Below, in pieces: positions 30,489 to 39,721 of a stretch of DNA of 64,000 bases. The stretch comes from an uncultured Clostridia bacterium. GTDB lineage: Bacteria; Bacillota; Clostridia; Peptostreptococcales; Anaerovoracaceae. The stretch lies in assembly GCA_944383465.1 (NCBI GenBank), contig CALWPQ010000003.1, positions 11,662 to 75,661 on the forward strand, in the 5' to 3' direction. Position 1 is the first letter of the stretch; each line of letters begins with the position of its first letter. The position numbers and the translations under genes were made by a program. The notes under the pieces were generated by a model, which saw only the letters and a list, made by a program, of their open reading frames with translations, was not told the origin of the DNA and made no database searches.

Positions 30489-31838
30489 ATGGGGAGACTT
30501 TTTGGAACGGACGGCGTCAGAGGCATTGCGAATAAGGAGCTCACTCCCGAGCTTGCGTTTAATCTGGGCAAGGCCGGGGCGTATGTGCTTGCCAAAGAAA
30601 ATAAAAAACCGGTAGTGATTATCGGAAGAGATACGAGAATTTCGGGCGATATGCTTGAAAATGCTATTTCAGCAGGGATTCTCGCAATGGGCGGCAATGT
30701 TATAAAAGTCGGCGTGCTTCCAACCCCGGCGATAGCATATCTTGTGAGATATTATAAAGCTGATGCCGGAGTTGTTATTTCCGCATCGCACAATCCGTTT
30801 GAGTACAACGGTATAAAATTTTTTAACGGTGATGGCTTTAAGCTCGATGACGACATCGAGGAACAGATCGAGGATATAATAATAAGAGGCACAGATGTAA
30901 ATAGCCATATAACGGGCGAACTTCTCGGAAGATGTTTAGAAGCGGATGAAACGGCGCTCGAGAAATATACGGAATTTTTAAAGACGACGATTGACTGCGA
31001 TATAAGCGGGATGAAAATAGTGATAGATTGCGCAAACGGAGCGGCCTACAAGGCGGCGGAGGCCGTTTACAGGGGGCTGGGCGCGGAAGTGACGATGATT
31101 GCAAACACGCCTGACGGAATGAATATCAACGCAGGCTGTGGTTCGACACACCCGGAAAATCTTCAGAAAAAGGTAGTTGAAACCGGAGCCGATATAGGGC
31201 TTGCGTACGACGGGGACGCCGACAGACTTATAGTTGTCGATGAAAAGGGTAGGGTTATCGACGGCGACCGTACCATCTGCATATGCGCAAGGATGCTGAA
31301 AGAGACCGGGCAGCTCAAAGGCGATAAAGTCACGGCTACCGTTATGAGCAATATCGGTTTTCATAAATACATAGAAAAACTCGGATGTACTGTGGATGTT
31401 ACAGCAGTTGGCGATAGATATGTGCTTGAAAGCATGCTGAAAACGGGCTGTGTGCTCGGCGGCGAACAGTCAGGTCACATCATATTCCTTAACTATACGA
31501 CAACGGGAGACGGCATACTCTCGTCTCTCCAGTTTATTAAGGCTGTAAAGATTCTCGGGAAAAAGCCGAGTGAGCTTGCGGATGAAATAGAGATTTATCC
31601 GCAGGTGCTTAAAAATGCACCCGTAAAGAATGAAAATAAAGAAAAATACACGGATGATCTGGAAATAGCGGCCGAAATTGCAAGGCTCGAGACGTTAATG
31701 GAAGGAAATGGAAGGGTGCTGATACGCCCGTCGGGTACGGAACCGCTCGTGAGAGTAATGATAGAAGGAAACGATATAGAGCAGATTACAAAGCTTGCAG
31801 AGGACCTCGCGGCGCTTCTGAATAAGCGATTTGGTTAA
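30489..31838 (+). CDS. glmM: Phosphoglucosamine mutase
   Basis: MGRLFGTDGVRG start, active-site ISASHNP, and GEQSGH. Confidence 0.95.
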   Translation: MGRLFGTDGVRGIANKELTPELAFNLGKAGAYVLAKENKKPVVIIGRDTRISGDMLENAISAGILAMGGNVIKVGVLPTPAIAYLVRYYKADAGVVISASHNPFEYNGIKFFNGDGFKLDDDIEEQIEDIIIRGTDVNSHITGELLGRCLEADETALEKYTEFLKTTIDCDISGMKIVIDCANGAAYKAAEAVYRGLGAEVTMIANTPDGMNINAGCGSTHPENLQKKVVETGADIGLAYDGDADRLIVVDEKGRVIDGDRTICICARMLKETGQLKGDKVTATVMSNIGFHKYIEKLGCTVDVTAVGDRYVLESMLKTGCVLGGEQSGHIIFLNYTTTGDGILSSLQFIKAVKILGKKPSELADEIEIYPQVLKNAPVKNENKEKYTDDLEIAAEIARLETLMEGNGRVLIRPSGTEPLVRVMIEGNDIEQITKLAEDLAALLNKRFG

Positions 31839-31871
31839 ATATAAAAAGGACTGATAGAAGGGAGAATTAGT

Positions 31872-33701
31872 ATGTGCGGTATAGTCGGTTATGTCGGAAA
31901 CGGCAGCGCCAGAGAAATAATTATCGACGGACTTAAAAAACTTGAATATAGAGGATATGATTCATCCGGAATTGCGTTTGATGCAGGCGGAAAAATAGAA
32001 ATAAGAAAATGTCAGGGGAGAATAAGCAATCTCGAAGCTATACTTTCCAAGGAAACAATAGACGCGCACACAGGGATAGGACACACGAGATGGGCTACGC
32101 ACGGAGCGCCGTCAGATGTGAATGCGCATCCGCATGCTAACAGCGACGGCAGCATTGCCATCGTTCATAACGGTATTCTTGAGAATTACATAGAAATAAA
32201 GGAATGGCTTGCTAAGGATTACGAGATTACATTTAAGTCAGAGACGGACAGCGAAGTGATAGCGCATCTTATAGGCATATATTATGATGGCAATCTTGAA
32301 GATGCAGTGTTTAAAGCGATTGACCGCATGCGCGGAGCTTATGCGCTCTGCGTGGTTGCGAAAGACGAACCGGATAAAATAGTAGCGGTGAGAAAAGATG
32401 CCCCGCTCATCGCGGGCATTGGCCATGGCTGTAATTTTATAGCGTCGGATATTCCGGCGCTGCTTAAATATGTGAGGGAGATTTATCTCATAGAAAATAA
32501 CGAGACCGTAGTTGTGACCGCGGACAATATAAAAATATACAATGCGGACAGACAAGAGGTGAAGCGCGATGTATTTCACGTGAATTGGGATGCCGACGCA
32601 GCGGAAAAGGACGGCTACAGTCATTTTATGCTCAAAGAGATACACGAGCAGCCGAAAGGTATTTACGAAACGCTTCACAGAAGAATCGATGAAAACGGAG
32701 AAATCGTGCTCGACGGCATAAAAATGACGAAGAGCGATATTGAGAATTTTAACAAGGTATACATTGTGGCGTGCGGTACGGCATACCACGCGGGACTTGT
32801 TGGCAAATCGGCGATAGAGAAAATGGCGCATATTCCCGTTGAAGTAGAGGTTGCTTCCGAATTCAGATACAGAGACCCGTTTGTAGATGACAAGACGCTG
32901 TTCATTGCGATATCGCAGTCAGGAGAGACACTCGATACATTGGCAGCGTTAAGAGAAGCGAAGCGTAAAGGAGCCCGCGTGCTTTCTGTTGTAAATGTTG
33001 TAGGCTCTTCGGTGGCGCGTGAATCGGATGATGTTTTCTACACATGGGCGGGACCGGAGATTGCGGTAGCCTCGACAAAGGCGTATACTACGCAGCTTAT
33101 GTGTATGTACATCATAGCACTTTATATGGGACGCACTAAGGGTACTATAGACGAGGCATATTATAAGGAATTTATAAATGAACTTGCGCTCATACCGGAT
33201 AAGCTTGAAAAGGTACTTGCTGACGAACCGAAGATAGAGGAGCTTGCAAAACAGCTTTATAGGAATGAGCATGTATTTTTTATAGGCAGAGGACCGGATG
33301 CGGGGGTTTCGTACGAGGGCTCGCTAAAGCTTAAGGAAATTTCCTATATAAATTCCTTTGCGATTGCGGCGGGAGAGCTCAAGCACGGAACGATAGCGCT
33401 CATAGAGCAGGATACTGTTGTCGTTGCGCTCGCTACGCAGGACAGACTTTTTGAGAAGATGCTTTCAAACATTCAGGAGGTAAAGGCAAGAGGCGCTTAT
33501 GTAATCGGGCTTGCCAAGGAAGGCAATGCAGATATAGAAAAGCAAGCGGATAAGACAATTTATATACCGCAGTGTATAGACGAAATTACACCGCTGCTTT
33601 CCGTAGTGCCGCTGCAAATGCTCGCTTATTACATCGCCAAGCTGAGAGGCTGCGACATAGATAAGCCGAAAAACCTTGCCAAATCGGTAACGGTAGAATA
33701 A
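31872..33701 (+). CDS. glmS: Glutamine--fructose-6-phosphate aminotransferase
   Basis: MCGIVGY N-terminal nucleophile, two SIS domains, and the C-terminal ending KSVTVE. Confidence 0.95.
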   Translation: MCGIVGYVGNGSAREIIIDGLKKLEYRGYDSSGIAFDAGGKIEIRKCQGRISNLEAILSKETIDAHTGIGHTRWATHGAPSDVNAHPHANSDGSIAIVHNGILENYIEIKEWLAKDYEITFKSETDSEVIAHLIGIYYDGNLEDAVFKAIDRMRGAYALCVVAKDEPDKIVAVRKDAPLIAGIGHGCNFIASDIPALLKYVREIYLIENNETVVVTADNIKIYNADRQEVKRDVFHVNWDADAAEKDGYSHFMLKEIHEQPKGIYETLHRRIDENGEIVLDGIKMTKSDIENFNKVYIVACGTAYHAGLVGKSAIEKMAHIPVEVEVASEFRYRDPFVDDKTLFIAISQSGETLDTLAALREAKRKGARVLSVVNVVGSSVARESDDVFYTWAGPEIAVASTKAYTTQLMCMYIIALYMGRTKGTIDEAYYKEFINELALIPDKLEKVLADEPKIEELAKQLYRNEHVFFIGRGPDAGVSYEGSLKLKEISYINSFAIAAGELKHGTIALIEQDTVVVALATQDRLFEKMLSNIQEVKARGAYVIGLAKEGNADIEKQADKTIYIPQCIDEITPLLSVVPLQMLAYYIAKLRGCDIDKPKNLAKSVTVE

Positions 33702-33765
33702 AAATGTGCGCGCAAAATTTCAAGTTAAAAATAAAATCAGAAGCGAAAACGGAAGCGATAAGTAT

Positions 33766-34854
33766 ATGAAAATACTGAAAAACAGCATTTTAAGTATAGC
33801 ATTTTTCACTTTGGCTTTTTATTTAGCCGAAGTGCTCAGGCGGCATACGGGGGATGAAAATAATTCATCCCTCATATTCATAGTGGCGATAGTTTTAGTT
33901 GCACGCTTTACGGACGGATATTGGTATGGTATTGCGGCATCGGCTTTGAGCGTGTTTGTTGTAAACTATTCATTTATGTATCCTTTTTCTCATTTTACGA
34001 TGAGAGTGGAGGGTTATCCTGTAGTTGCAATAAGCTTTTTTGCGGCCTCGGTTACAGTATCTGCTGTTACTACGAGAATGCGCAAAGAGACGGCGCAGAA
34101 CGAAAGACTTTACAAAGAGCAGGCAAGGATAAAGCTGGAAGTCGAAAAAGGGATGATGAGGGAAAATCTTCTTAGAGCAATTTCACATGATTTGCGTACG
34201 CCTCTGACGGGCATAATCGGGGCGGGATCGGTAATATATGAAAATCATGATACGCTCACGGTAGAGGAAACGGAGCATCTGGCTGAGAATATAATAACAG
34301 ATGCACAGTGGCTTATAAATATGGTGGAAAATCTGCTCTCGGTAACGCGTACTACTGAATACGGAGCAAAGCTGAACAGGACAAATGAAATATTTGAGGA
34401 AATAGTAGCAATGCCAGTGCAAAAAGTTAAAGCGAGATATCCTGACTGTAAAATTTTCGTTGAAGTACCCGAAGAAATAATGCTCGTACCGATGGACGGG
34501 CTTCTGATACGTCAGGTGCTGCTTAATCTTCTTGAAAATGCGGTGCAGCATTCCGGTGACAGAGAAAATATAAGAGTGAAACTTTACAGAGACGGCGATA
34601 TGGCTGTATGCGAGGTAAGAGATCACGGCAAAGGTTTAAGCTGTGAAAATATAGACAAGTTGATAGAAGATGTCGTTATGAATAAGGATTCAGTATCGGA
34701 CGCGACTCGCGGAATGGGACTCGGACTTTCCGTGTGCAAGAGTATTATTAAAGCGCATGGCGGATTTTTGGAGGCTGAAAACGCAGAGGACGGCGGTGCG
34801 GTATTCAAATTTGGTCTTAAAATGGAGGAAATACCGGATTATGAGCAGCAGTAA
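33766..34854 (+). CDS. KdpD-like sensor histidine kinase lacking the N-terminal KdpD/Usp sensor half
   Basis: A membrane domain (DUF4118-like) followed by H-box AISHDLRTPLTGI and HATPase motifs GMGLGLSVCK. The start is uncertain (track GTG at 33706, ATG at 33766). Confidence 0.8.
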   Translation: MKILKNSILSIAFFTLAFYLAEVLRRHTGDENNSSLIFIVAIVLVARFTDGYWYGIAASALSVFVVNYSFMYPFSHFTMRVEGYPVVAISFFAASVTVSAVTTRMRKETAQNERLYKEQARIKLEVEKGMMRENLLRAISHDLRTPLTGIIGAGSVIYENHDTLTVEETEHLAENIITDAQWLINMVENLLSVTRTTEYGAKLNRTNEIFEEIVAMPVQKVKARYPDCKIFVEVPEEIMLVPMDGLLIRQVLLNLLENAVQHSGDRENIRVKLYRDGDMAVCEVRDHGKGLSCENIDKLIEDVVMNKDSVSDATRGMGLGLSVCKSIIKAHGGFLEAENAEDGGAVFKFGLKMEEIPDYEQQ

Positions 34855-35554
34855 TTATAACAAGAGAACTATACTCGTGATAGAGGATGATAAATCTATA
34901 AGCAGCTTTATATGTACAGCTCTTCAAAGCAGCGGTTATACAGTGCTGACTGCGGCAGACGGCGTGCAGGCAAGACAGATGTTTGCTTCGCACGGGCCAG
35001 AGCTGATACTTCTCGATCTTGGTCTTCCTGATATTGACGGGGTGGAAATAATAAAGGGGGTGCGCGAGTGGAGCAGTGTTCCGATAATAGTTGTTTCTGC
35101 ACGCGGTCGTGAAACAGACAAGGTAGAGGCACTCGATTTCGGAGCTGATGATTATATTACTAAGCCGTTTGGGATTTCGGAGCTGACGGCGCGCATCAGA
35201 ACGGCTCTGAGGCATGCGGACAGAGCCTCAGGTTCAGGCGCGCCGGCCGATGACATTGTAACTGTCGGAGACCTCACAATAGATATCGGAAAAAGACGCG
35301 TAACGCTCGGTGAAAACGAAGTCAGGTTTACAGCCATCGAATACAAGATTGTGTCACTGCTCGCAAAGAATGTGGGCAGAGTGCTCACATATGATTATAT
35401 TATCAAGGAAATCTGGGGGCCATACGCTTCGAGCGACAATCAGATACTGCGCGTAAATATGGCAAACATACGGCGAAAACTCGAGGAAAACCCCGCCGAG
35501 CCGCGCTATATAGTGACGGAGCTTGGCGTTGGATACAGAATGATGGAGAAATAG
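34841..35554 (+). CDS. kdpE: KdpE-like OmpR-family response regulator
   Basis: ILVIEDDKSI...LILLDLGLPDIDG...IIVVSARGRETDKVEALDFGADDYITKPFG and winged helix LTAIEYKIVSLL...GVGYRM. The ATG at 34841 overlaps the kinase stop. Confidence 0.85.
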   Translation: MSSSNYNKRTILVIEDDKSISSFICTALQSSGYTVLTAADGVQARQMFASHGPELILLDLGLPDIDGVEIIKGVREWSSVPIIVVSARGRETDKVEALDFGADDYITKPFGISELTARIRTALRHADRASGSGAPADDIVTVGDLTIDIGKRRVTLGENEVRFTAIEYKIVSLLAKNVGRVLTYDYIIKEIWGPYASSDNQILRVNMANIRRKLEENPAEPRYIVTELGVGYRMMEK

Positions 35555-35681
35555 TAAAGTAAAAGAAAAGGCAGTCCGGCAAAGACGGCATCTTGGACAC
35601 TCAACATTCTGCACTTTGGGTTTTTAGGGAAATTTCTTTGTAAGTTAGATTTTTAGCTGTTTAAGATAATAAAAAGTCTCA

Positions 35682-35713
35682 TTGGGGCACCTGCAATAGA
35701 GCAGGTGCCCCAA
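35682..35713. terminator. 13-bp perfect hairpin at the left edge of the islet
   Basis: TTGGGGCACCTGC-AATAGA-GCAGGTGCCCCAA. T-rich sequence follows on both strands, so it could terminate kdpE or a former leftward islet transcript. Confidence 0.5.
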
Positions 35714-35784
35714 GCGTGTTTTATGGGACAGATGCGACAGAGTAAATTGTGGCGAAAGCTAATATATTTATAGAGGACACTATT

Positions 35785-36010
35785 ATGAAATCATTATTTG
35801 AACAAATGAGTGACACGTACCGCAAAGAAAACGGTTATCTTGCCGTCATTGACAAACAAGTAGAGGATATGTTTCTTCTGCTTGTAAAAAATATCAGAAA
35901 GTGATGGTATCAACGAACAATTTAAAACGGGAACTCAAATGGAATGGGTTGCTCGGATAAATAACATCCGCAGCAGGGTCATAGAAATTGTAAACATCAA
36001 ATCGTATACT
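35785..36010 (+). pseudogene. tnpV: TnpV-like (Tn4451-family accessory protein) remnant with internal deletion and frameshift
   Basis: MKSLFEQMSDTYRKENGYL...IDKQVEDMF runs to a stop at 35902. The +1 frame then continues ...INEQFKTGTQMEWVARINNIRSRVIEIVN. This matches the remembered TnpV consensus (MKSLFEQMGGTY...EQLKAENQMEWV.RMNNIR), but the central roughly 45 aa are missing. Confidence 0.7.
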
Positions 36011-36021
36011 GACTTATTTTA

Positions 36022-36030
36022 TGATATAAT
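36022..36030 (+). promoter_or_regulatory. Extended -10 promoter (TGaTATAAT) inside the islet, reading toward the helicase gene
   Basis: TG at 36022-36023 and TATAAT at 36025-36030. It lies about 200 nt upstream of the helicase ATG. Confidence 0.4.
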
Positions 36031-36097
36031 GAAATAAAAATAACTTACCATTTTAGATTTGTGAATCCTTTAGCGTAAGCTGATGTGTAGGTTTAAA

Positions 36098-36185
36098 ATG
36101 GATAAAGAGCAAAAATATGCGTGCGCAAAATGGACAGACAATGGAAATTCCAATTAGATGAAGTGAATAACTGGATTAAATCCTG
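36098..36185 (+). pseudogene. Excisionase-type (HTH_17/Xis-like) DNA-binding gene remnant
   Basis: MDKEQKY... runs into a stop. A shifted frame then ends ...KMDRQWKFQLDEVNNWIKS*, the typical C-terminal tail of excisionase-family HTH proteins. The HTH core is absent. Confidence 0.5.
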
Positions 36186-36202
36186 AGCTTCCGCTGACTA
36201 AT
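36186..36202 (+). repeat. Left copy of the direct repeat bracketing the helicase ORF (AGCTT-CC-GCTGACTAAT)
   Basis: The 11-nt exact core CGCTGACTAAT (36192-36202) recurs at 39552-39562, and both copies are preceded by AGCTT. Confidence 0.7.
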
Positions 36203-36227
36203 ATTATTTTAAAAGAAAGGCATACAT

Positions 36228-39200
36228 ATGGTATTGTTTTCAAAACTCTTTAAAAAGAAAGATTCGGTAGCGAAGATTGTCACGAACAATATGTCATTTG
36301 AGAGTCCTGAGTGTCAAAGTTTGTGGGACTTAAAGGTTTATATGGATGCCATATTGTCACAAAATCGCTATATTGCAAAAAGTGAATATCGTACAAAGTT
36401 GCTTGACGGAAAGAAAACGGTTGAGTATTTTGGCGTGCTTCAAAACAGTAGATTGTTAGATGCTTTCTGCAAAAATAACGGTCTTTCACTCTTTGGTGTC
36501 GAAGAAACATTAAAAACATACATAAACTTTGAAACACTTGTTGACGAGCATAATGAGTCTTTTATTCAGCGTGAGATGACTGAGGAACAACATTATTTAG
36601 ATAATATACTCCGTGAAGTTGATCCACAAATAAAATTGGACGAAGATCAACGTCGTGTTATTCTGACAGATGAAGACTATTGCCTTGTTATTGCCGGTGC
36701 CGGTGCAGGCAAAACCACTACTGTTGCGGCAAAAGTTAAATATTTAGTCGAGAAAAAAGGAATTGAGCCTTCTCAAATTCTTGTTTTGTCTTTTACGAAT
36801 AAGGCTGTTCAAGAACTTCGTGATAAACTTAATAGAGATTTAGCAATAGATTGTCCTATTGCCACATTTCATTCAACCGGCAATGCTATATTGAGAAAGC
36901 AGTCGCCGGAAAAGCTCAATATTGTTGACTCTTCAAAACTATATTTTGTTTTGCAGGATTATTTCAAAAGTTCTATATTGAAGAATGAAAGCCTTGTAAA
37001 CAACTTGATTCTGTTTTTTGCTTCGTACTTTGATGCTCCGTATGAGGGGGAAGAGCTTAATAGTTTCTTCAATAAAATCGCAAAATCGAATTTTACCACA
37101 ATGCGAAGTGACCTCAACGAGTTTAAACAACAAGTTATTGATATTCGTACAAAAAAATCAATTACAATTCAAAGTGAGGTAATGCGTTCCCGTCAAGAGG
37201 TGGAAATTGCAAATTTCTTGTATTTAAATAATATCGACTATGAATATGAGCCGATTTATAAATATGATATCCTCTTTTCAAAAAAGCCATATACTCCCGA
37301 CTTTATTATCCGGCAGGGTGATAAGGTTGCCTATATTGAACATTTTGGTATTACGCAAGACGGTAAAAACGACCGTTTTAGTTATGATCAGCTTGAAGCA
37401 TACAAAAAGGCTATAAATGATAAAATCAATCTGCACAGGAAACACGGTACAAAACTCATCTATACCTTTTCGCAGTATTCTGACCGAAGAACTCTTATAG
37501 AGCATTTACAGGAAGAATTAGAGAATAACGGTTTTGAGTTACATCATCGATCAAATAAAGAGGTGATGGAAAAACTCGTATCTACAGAAGAAAATCGTTA
37601 TATAAAAAAACTTGTCAACCTGATTTGCCGCTTTATTACAAACTTCAAAACGAATGGTTTCACGACGGAGGAGTTTAGCCGCATGTACCATTCTACTCAA
37701 AATGTACGGACAAGACTATTCTTGGATATTTGTAACGATTGCTACTTGGAATATGAGCGTTATCTAAAGGAAAACAATGCCGTTGACTTTGAGGATATGA
37801 TAAATGAATCAGCACGGGTGCTCCGAGAAGTCAAGGAAATGAAAAAGAAACTTGATTTCAAGTATATTATCGTAGATGAGTATCAAGATATTTCCCGGCA
37901 AAGATTTGACTTAGTAACAGCCTTGTCGGAAGTGACCGACGCTAAGATAATTGCAGTCGGTGACGATTGGCAATCCATTTATGCGTTTAGTGGTTCCGAT
38001 ATAACACTCTTTACAAAATTTGAAGAAAAAATGGGATATGCAAAACTTTTAAAAATCGTAAAGACATATCGCAACTCACAAGAAGTAATTGATATTGCAG
38101 GAAACTTTATTCAGAAAAACGAGACACAGATTTCAAAAGAATTAAAATCCACAAAAAGCATCGTTGATCCTGTTATTATTTACACCTACGACGGTAGTCC
38201 CAAAAAACTAAATGCCGACAATAAAAGTGGTGCAAATTACGCTATTGCACACGCCGTAGAAGTCGCTCTTGAGCAAATTATTGAATTTAATAAACAAGAA
38301 GGTAAATCATCCGAAAATTCTTCTATTCTATTGCTCGGTAGATTTGGATTTGACGGCGATAAGTTAGAAAAATCGGGCTTGTTTGAATACATTAGTAGAG
38401 GAAGTAAACTCAAAAGCGTAAAATATCCAAAACTTAATATTACATTTATGACTGCCCACGCTTCAAAAGGTTTAGGATACGATAATGTTATAGTTGTCAA
38501 CGGTCGAAACGAAACATACGGATTCCCGTCCAAGATTGAAGACGATCCTGTTCTTGCTTTTGTCATCAAGGGAGATCGCTCTATTGATTATGCCGAAGAA
38601 CGACGCTTGTTTTATGTTGCAATGACAAGAACGAAAAATCGTGTTTATTTTATTGCGCCGGAACAAAATCCATCTGAATTTCTTCTGGAAATAAAGCGTG
38701 ACTATAAAAATGTTGTCCTTCGTGGAAATTGGAACGAGGAACCGCCGCAAGATAATATCGCAAAGAAAACTTGCCCTATATGCGGTTATCCTATGCAATT
38801 CCGTTATAAAAACGCTTATGGATTACGGTTGTTTATTTGCACTAACGAGCCGGAAGTCTGCGGTTTTATGACCAATGAATATAAAGCCGGAAAACTTTCC
38901 ATACTGAAATGCGATCAGTGCAGGGACGGATATCTTATTGTTAAACCAGGAAAAGAAAACGATTATTTTCTTGGATGCACTAATTATAAAAAAGATGGAA
39001 CTGGTTGCGGGCGTTTCATTACACCTAAATATTATTATGAAATGTTTAGCCTCGAACCGGATTCTGTACCGGAAAAAGAATCTACATATAAAAGAATTAA
39101 AGCACCGGCACAAATTCAGACTATAAAGGAACAACCGCAGTGCGAAGAAAACAAGAGTATAAAGAAAGCGACAGTTAAAGCGGTGATATTTGAAGGATCT

Positions 39201-39539
39201 GATTTAAACGATATTGTTTATACTGTTTTGCAATGCCTTTCTCACATCAGCGAAAAAAGGTATTATGGTATAAACATTTTAGCGGATGTGCTTCGTGGGG
39301 CAAATAGTAAGCGTATTGCAGATGCAGAATTGGACAAATTGCCGGAGTATGGAAAGTTGAAAAAAGTACATCGTTATGATTTAATCATAATTATAGAATG
39401 GTTAATCGAGAACCATTTTATATTAAAGACGAAACATCCTAAATACCCTGTACTTCATCCTACGTATGATGGTATGCATTATGCCGAAACTATAACATCG
39501 AGCAAACTTCAAAAACTTTTTGAAAGATTAAATTCTTAA
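36228..39539 (+). CDS. HelD (helicase IV)/UvrD-type SF1 helicase with inserted Vsr/PD-(D/E)XK-like module, two topoisomerase-type Zn ribbons and C-terminal RecQ-type winged helix
   Basis: - HelD-like N-terminus: HNESFIQREM...YLDNI.
- Helicase motifs: Walker A AGAGAGKTT (aa 156-164), DEYQD (aa 550-554), GDDWQSIY, TAHASKGLGYDNVIV, YVAMTRTKNRVY.
- Insert, aa about 315-375: RQEVEIANFLYLNNIDYEYE...YTPDFII...AYIEHFG.
- Zn ribbons: CPIC...CTNEPEVC and CDQC...CTNYKKDGTGC.
- C-terminus: YGINILADVLRGANSKRI...LIIIIEWLIENHFI. Confidence 0.85.
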   Translation: MVLFSKLFKKKDSVAKIVTNNMSFESPECQSLWDLKVYMDAILSQNRYIAKSEYRTKLLDGKKTVEYFGVLQNSRLLDAFCKNNGLSLFGVEETLKTYINFETLVDEHNESFIQREMTEEQHYLDNILREVDPQIKLDEDQRRVILTDEDYCLVIAGAGAGKTTTVAAKVKYLVEKKGIEPSQILVLSFTNKAVQELRDKLNRDLAIDCPIATFHSTGNAILRKQSPEKLNIVDSSKLYFVLQDYFKSSILKNESLVNNLILFFASYFDAPYEGEELNSFFNKIAKSNFTTMRSDLNEFKQQVIDIRTKKSITIQSEVMRSRQEVEIANFLYLNNIDYEYEPIYKYDILFSKKPYTPDFIIRQGDKVAYIEHFGITQDGKNDRFSYDQLEAYKKAINDKINLHRKHGTKLIYTFSQYSDRRTLIEHLQEELENNGFELHHRSNKEVMEKLVSTEENRYIKKLVNLICRFITNFKTNGFTTEEFSRMYHSTQNVRTRLFLDICNDCYLEYERYLKENNAVDFEDMINESARVLREVKEMKKKLDFKYIIVDEYQDISRQRFDLVTALSEVTDAKIIAVGDDWQSIYAFSGSDITLFTKFEEKMGYAKLLKIVKTYRNSQEVIDIAGNFIQKNETQISKELKSTKSIVDPVIIYTYDGSPKKLNADNKSGANYAIAHAVEVALEQIIEFNKQEGKSSENSSILLLGRFGFDGDKLEKSGLFEYISRGSKLKSVKYPKLNITFMTAHASKGLGYDNVIVVNGRNETYGFPSKIEDDPVLAFVIKGDRSIDYAEERRLFYVAMTRTKNRVYFIAPEQNPSEFLLEIKRDYKNVVLRGNWNEEPPQDNIAKKTCPICGYPMQFRYKNAYGLRLFICTNEPEVCGFMTNEYKAGKLSILKCDQCRDGYLIVKPGKENDYFLGCTNYKKDGTGCGRFITPKYYYEMFSLEPDSVPEKESTYKRIKAPAQIQTIKEQPQCEENKSIKKATVKAVIFEGSDLNDIVYTVLQCLSHISEKRYYGINILADVLRGANSKRIADAELDKLPEYGKLKKVHRYDLIIIIEWLIENHFILKTKHPKYPVLHPTYDGMHYAETITSSKLQKLFERLNS

Positions 39540-39540
39540 T

Positions 39541-39562
39541 AGCTTATGCTGCGCTGACTAAT
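39541..39562 (+). repeat. Right copy of the direct repeat bracketing the helicase ORF (AGCTT-ATGCTGC-GCTGACTAAT)
   Basis: It starts 2 nt after the helicase stop codon and shares AGCTT plus the exact 11-mer CGCTGACTAAT with 36186-36202. Confidence 0.7.
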
Positions 39563-39721
39563 TATAAAGCAGCCGTTTCGGAATTTGTGCGGCAGTTATA
39601 CAAAGATAAAATGCCAAAACCGCAATCGATAAAAGAGTTTTGGAAACTACTTAAAGCACTTTATAAAGTCCATAAAAGATTTAAGACGTATGCTAAGTAT
39701 GTATCGTCAGCACTTAATCTG

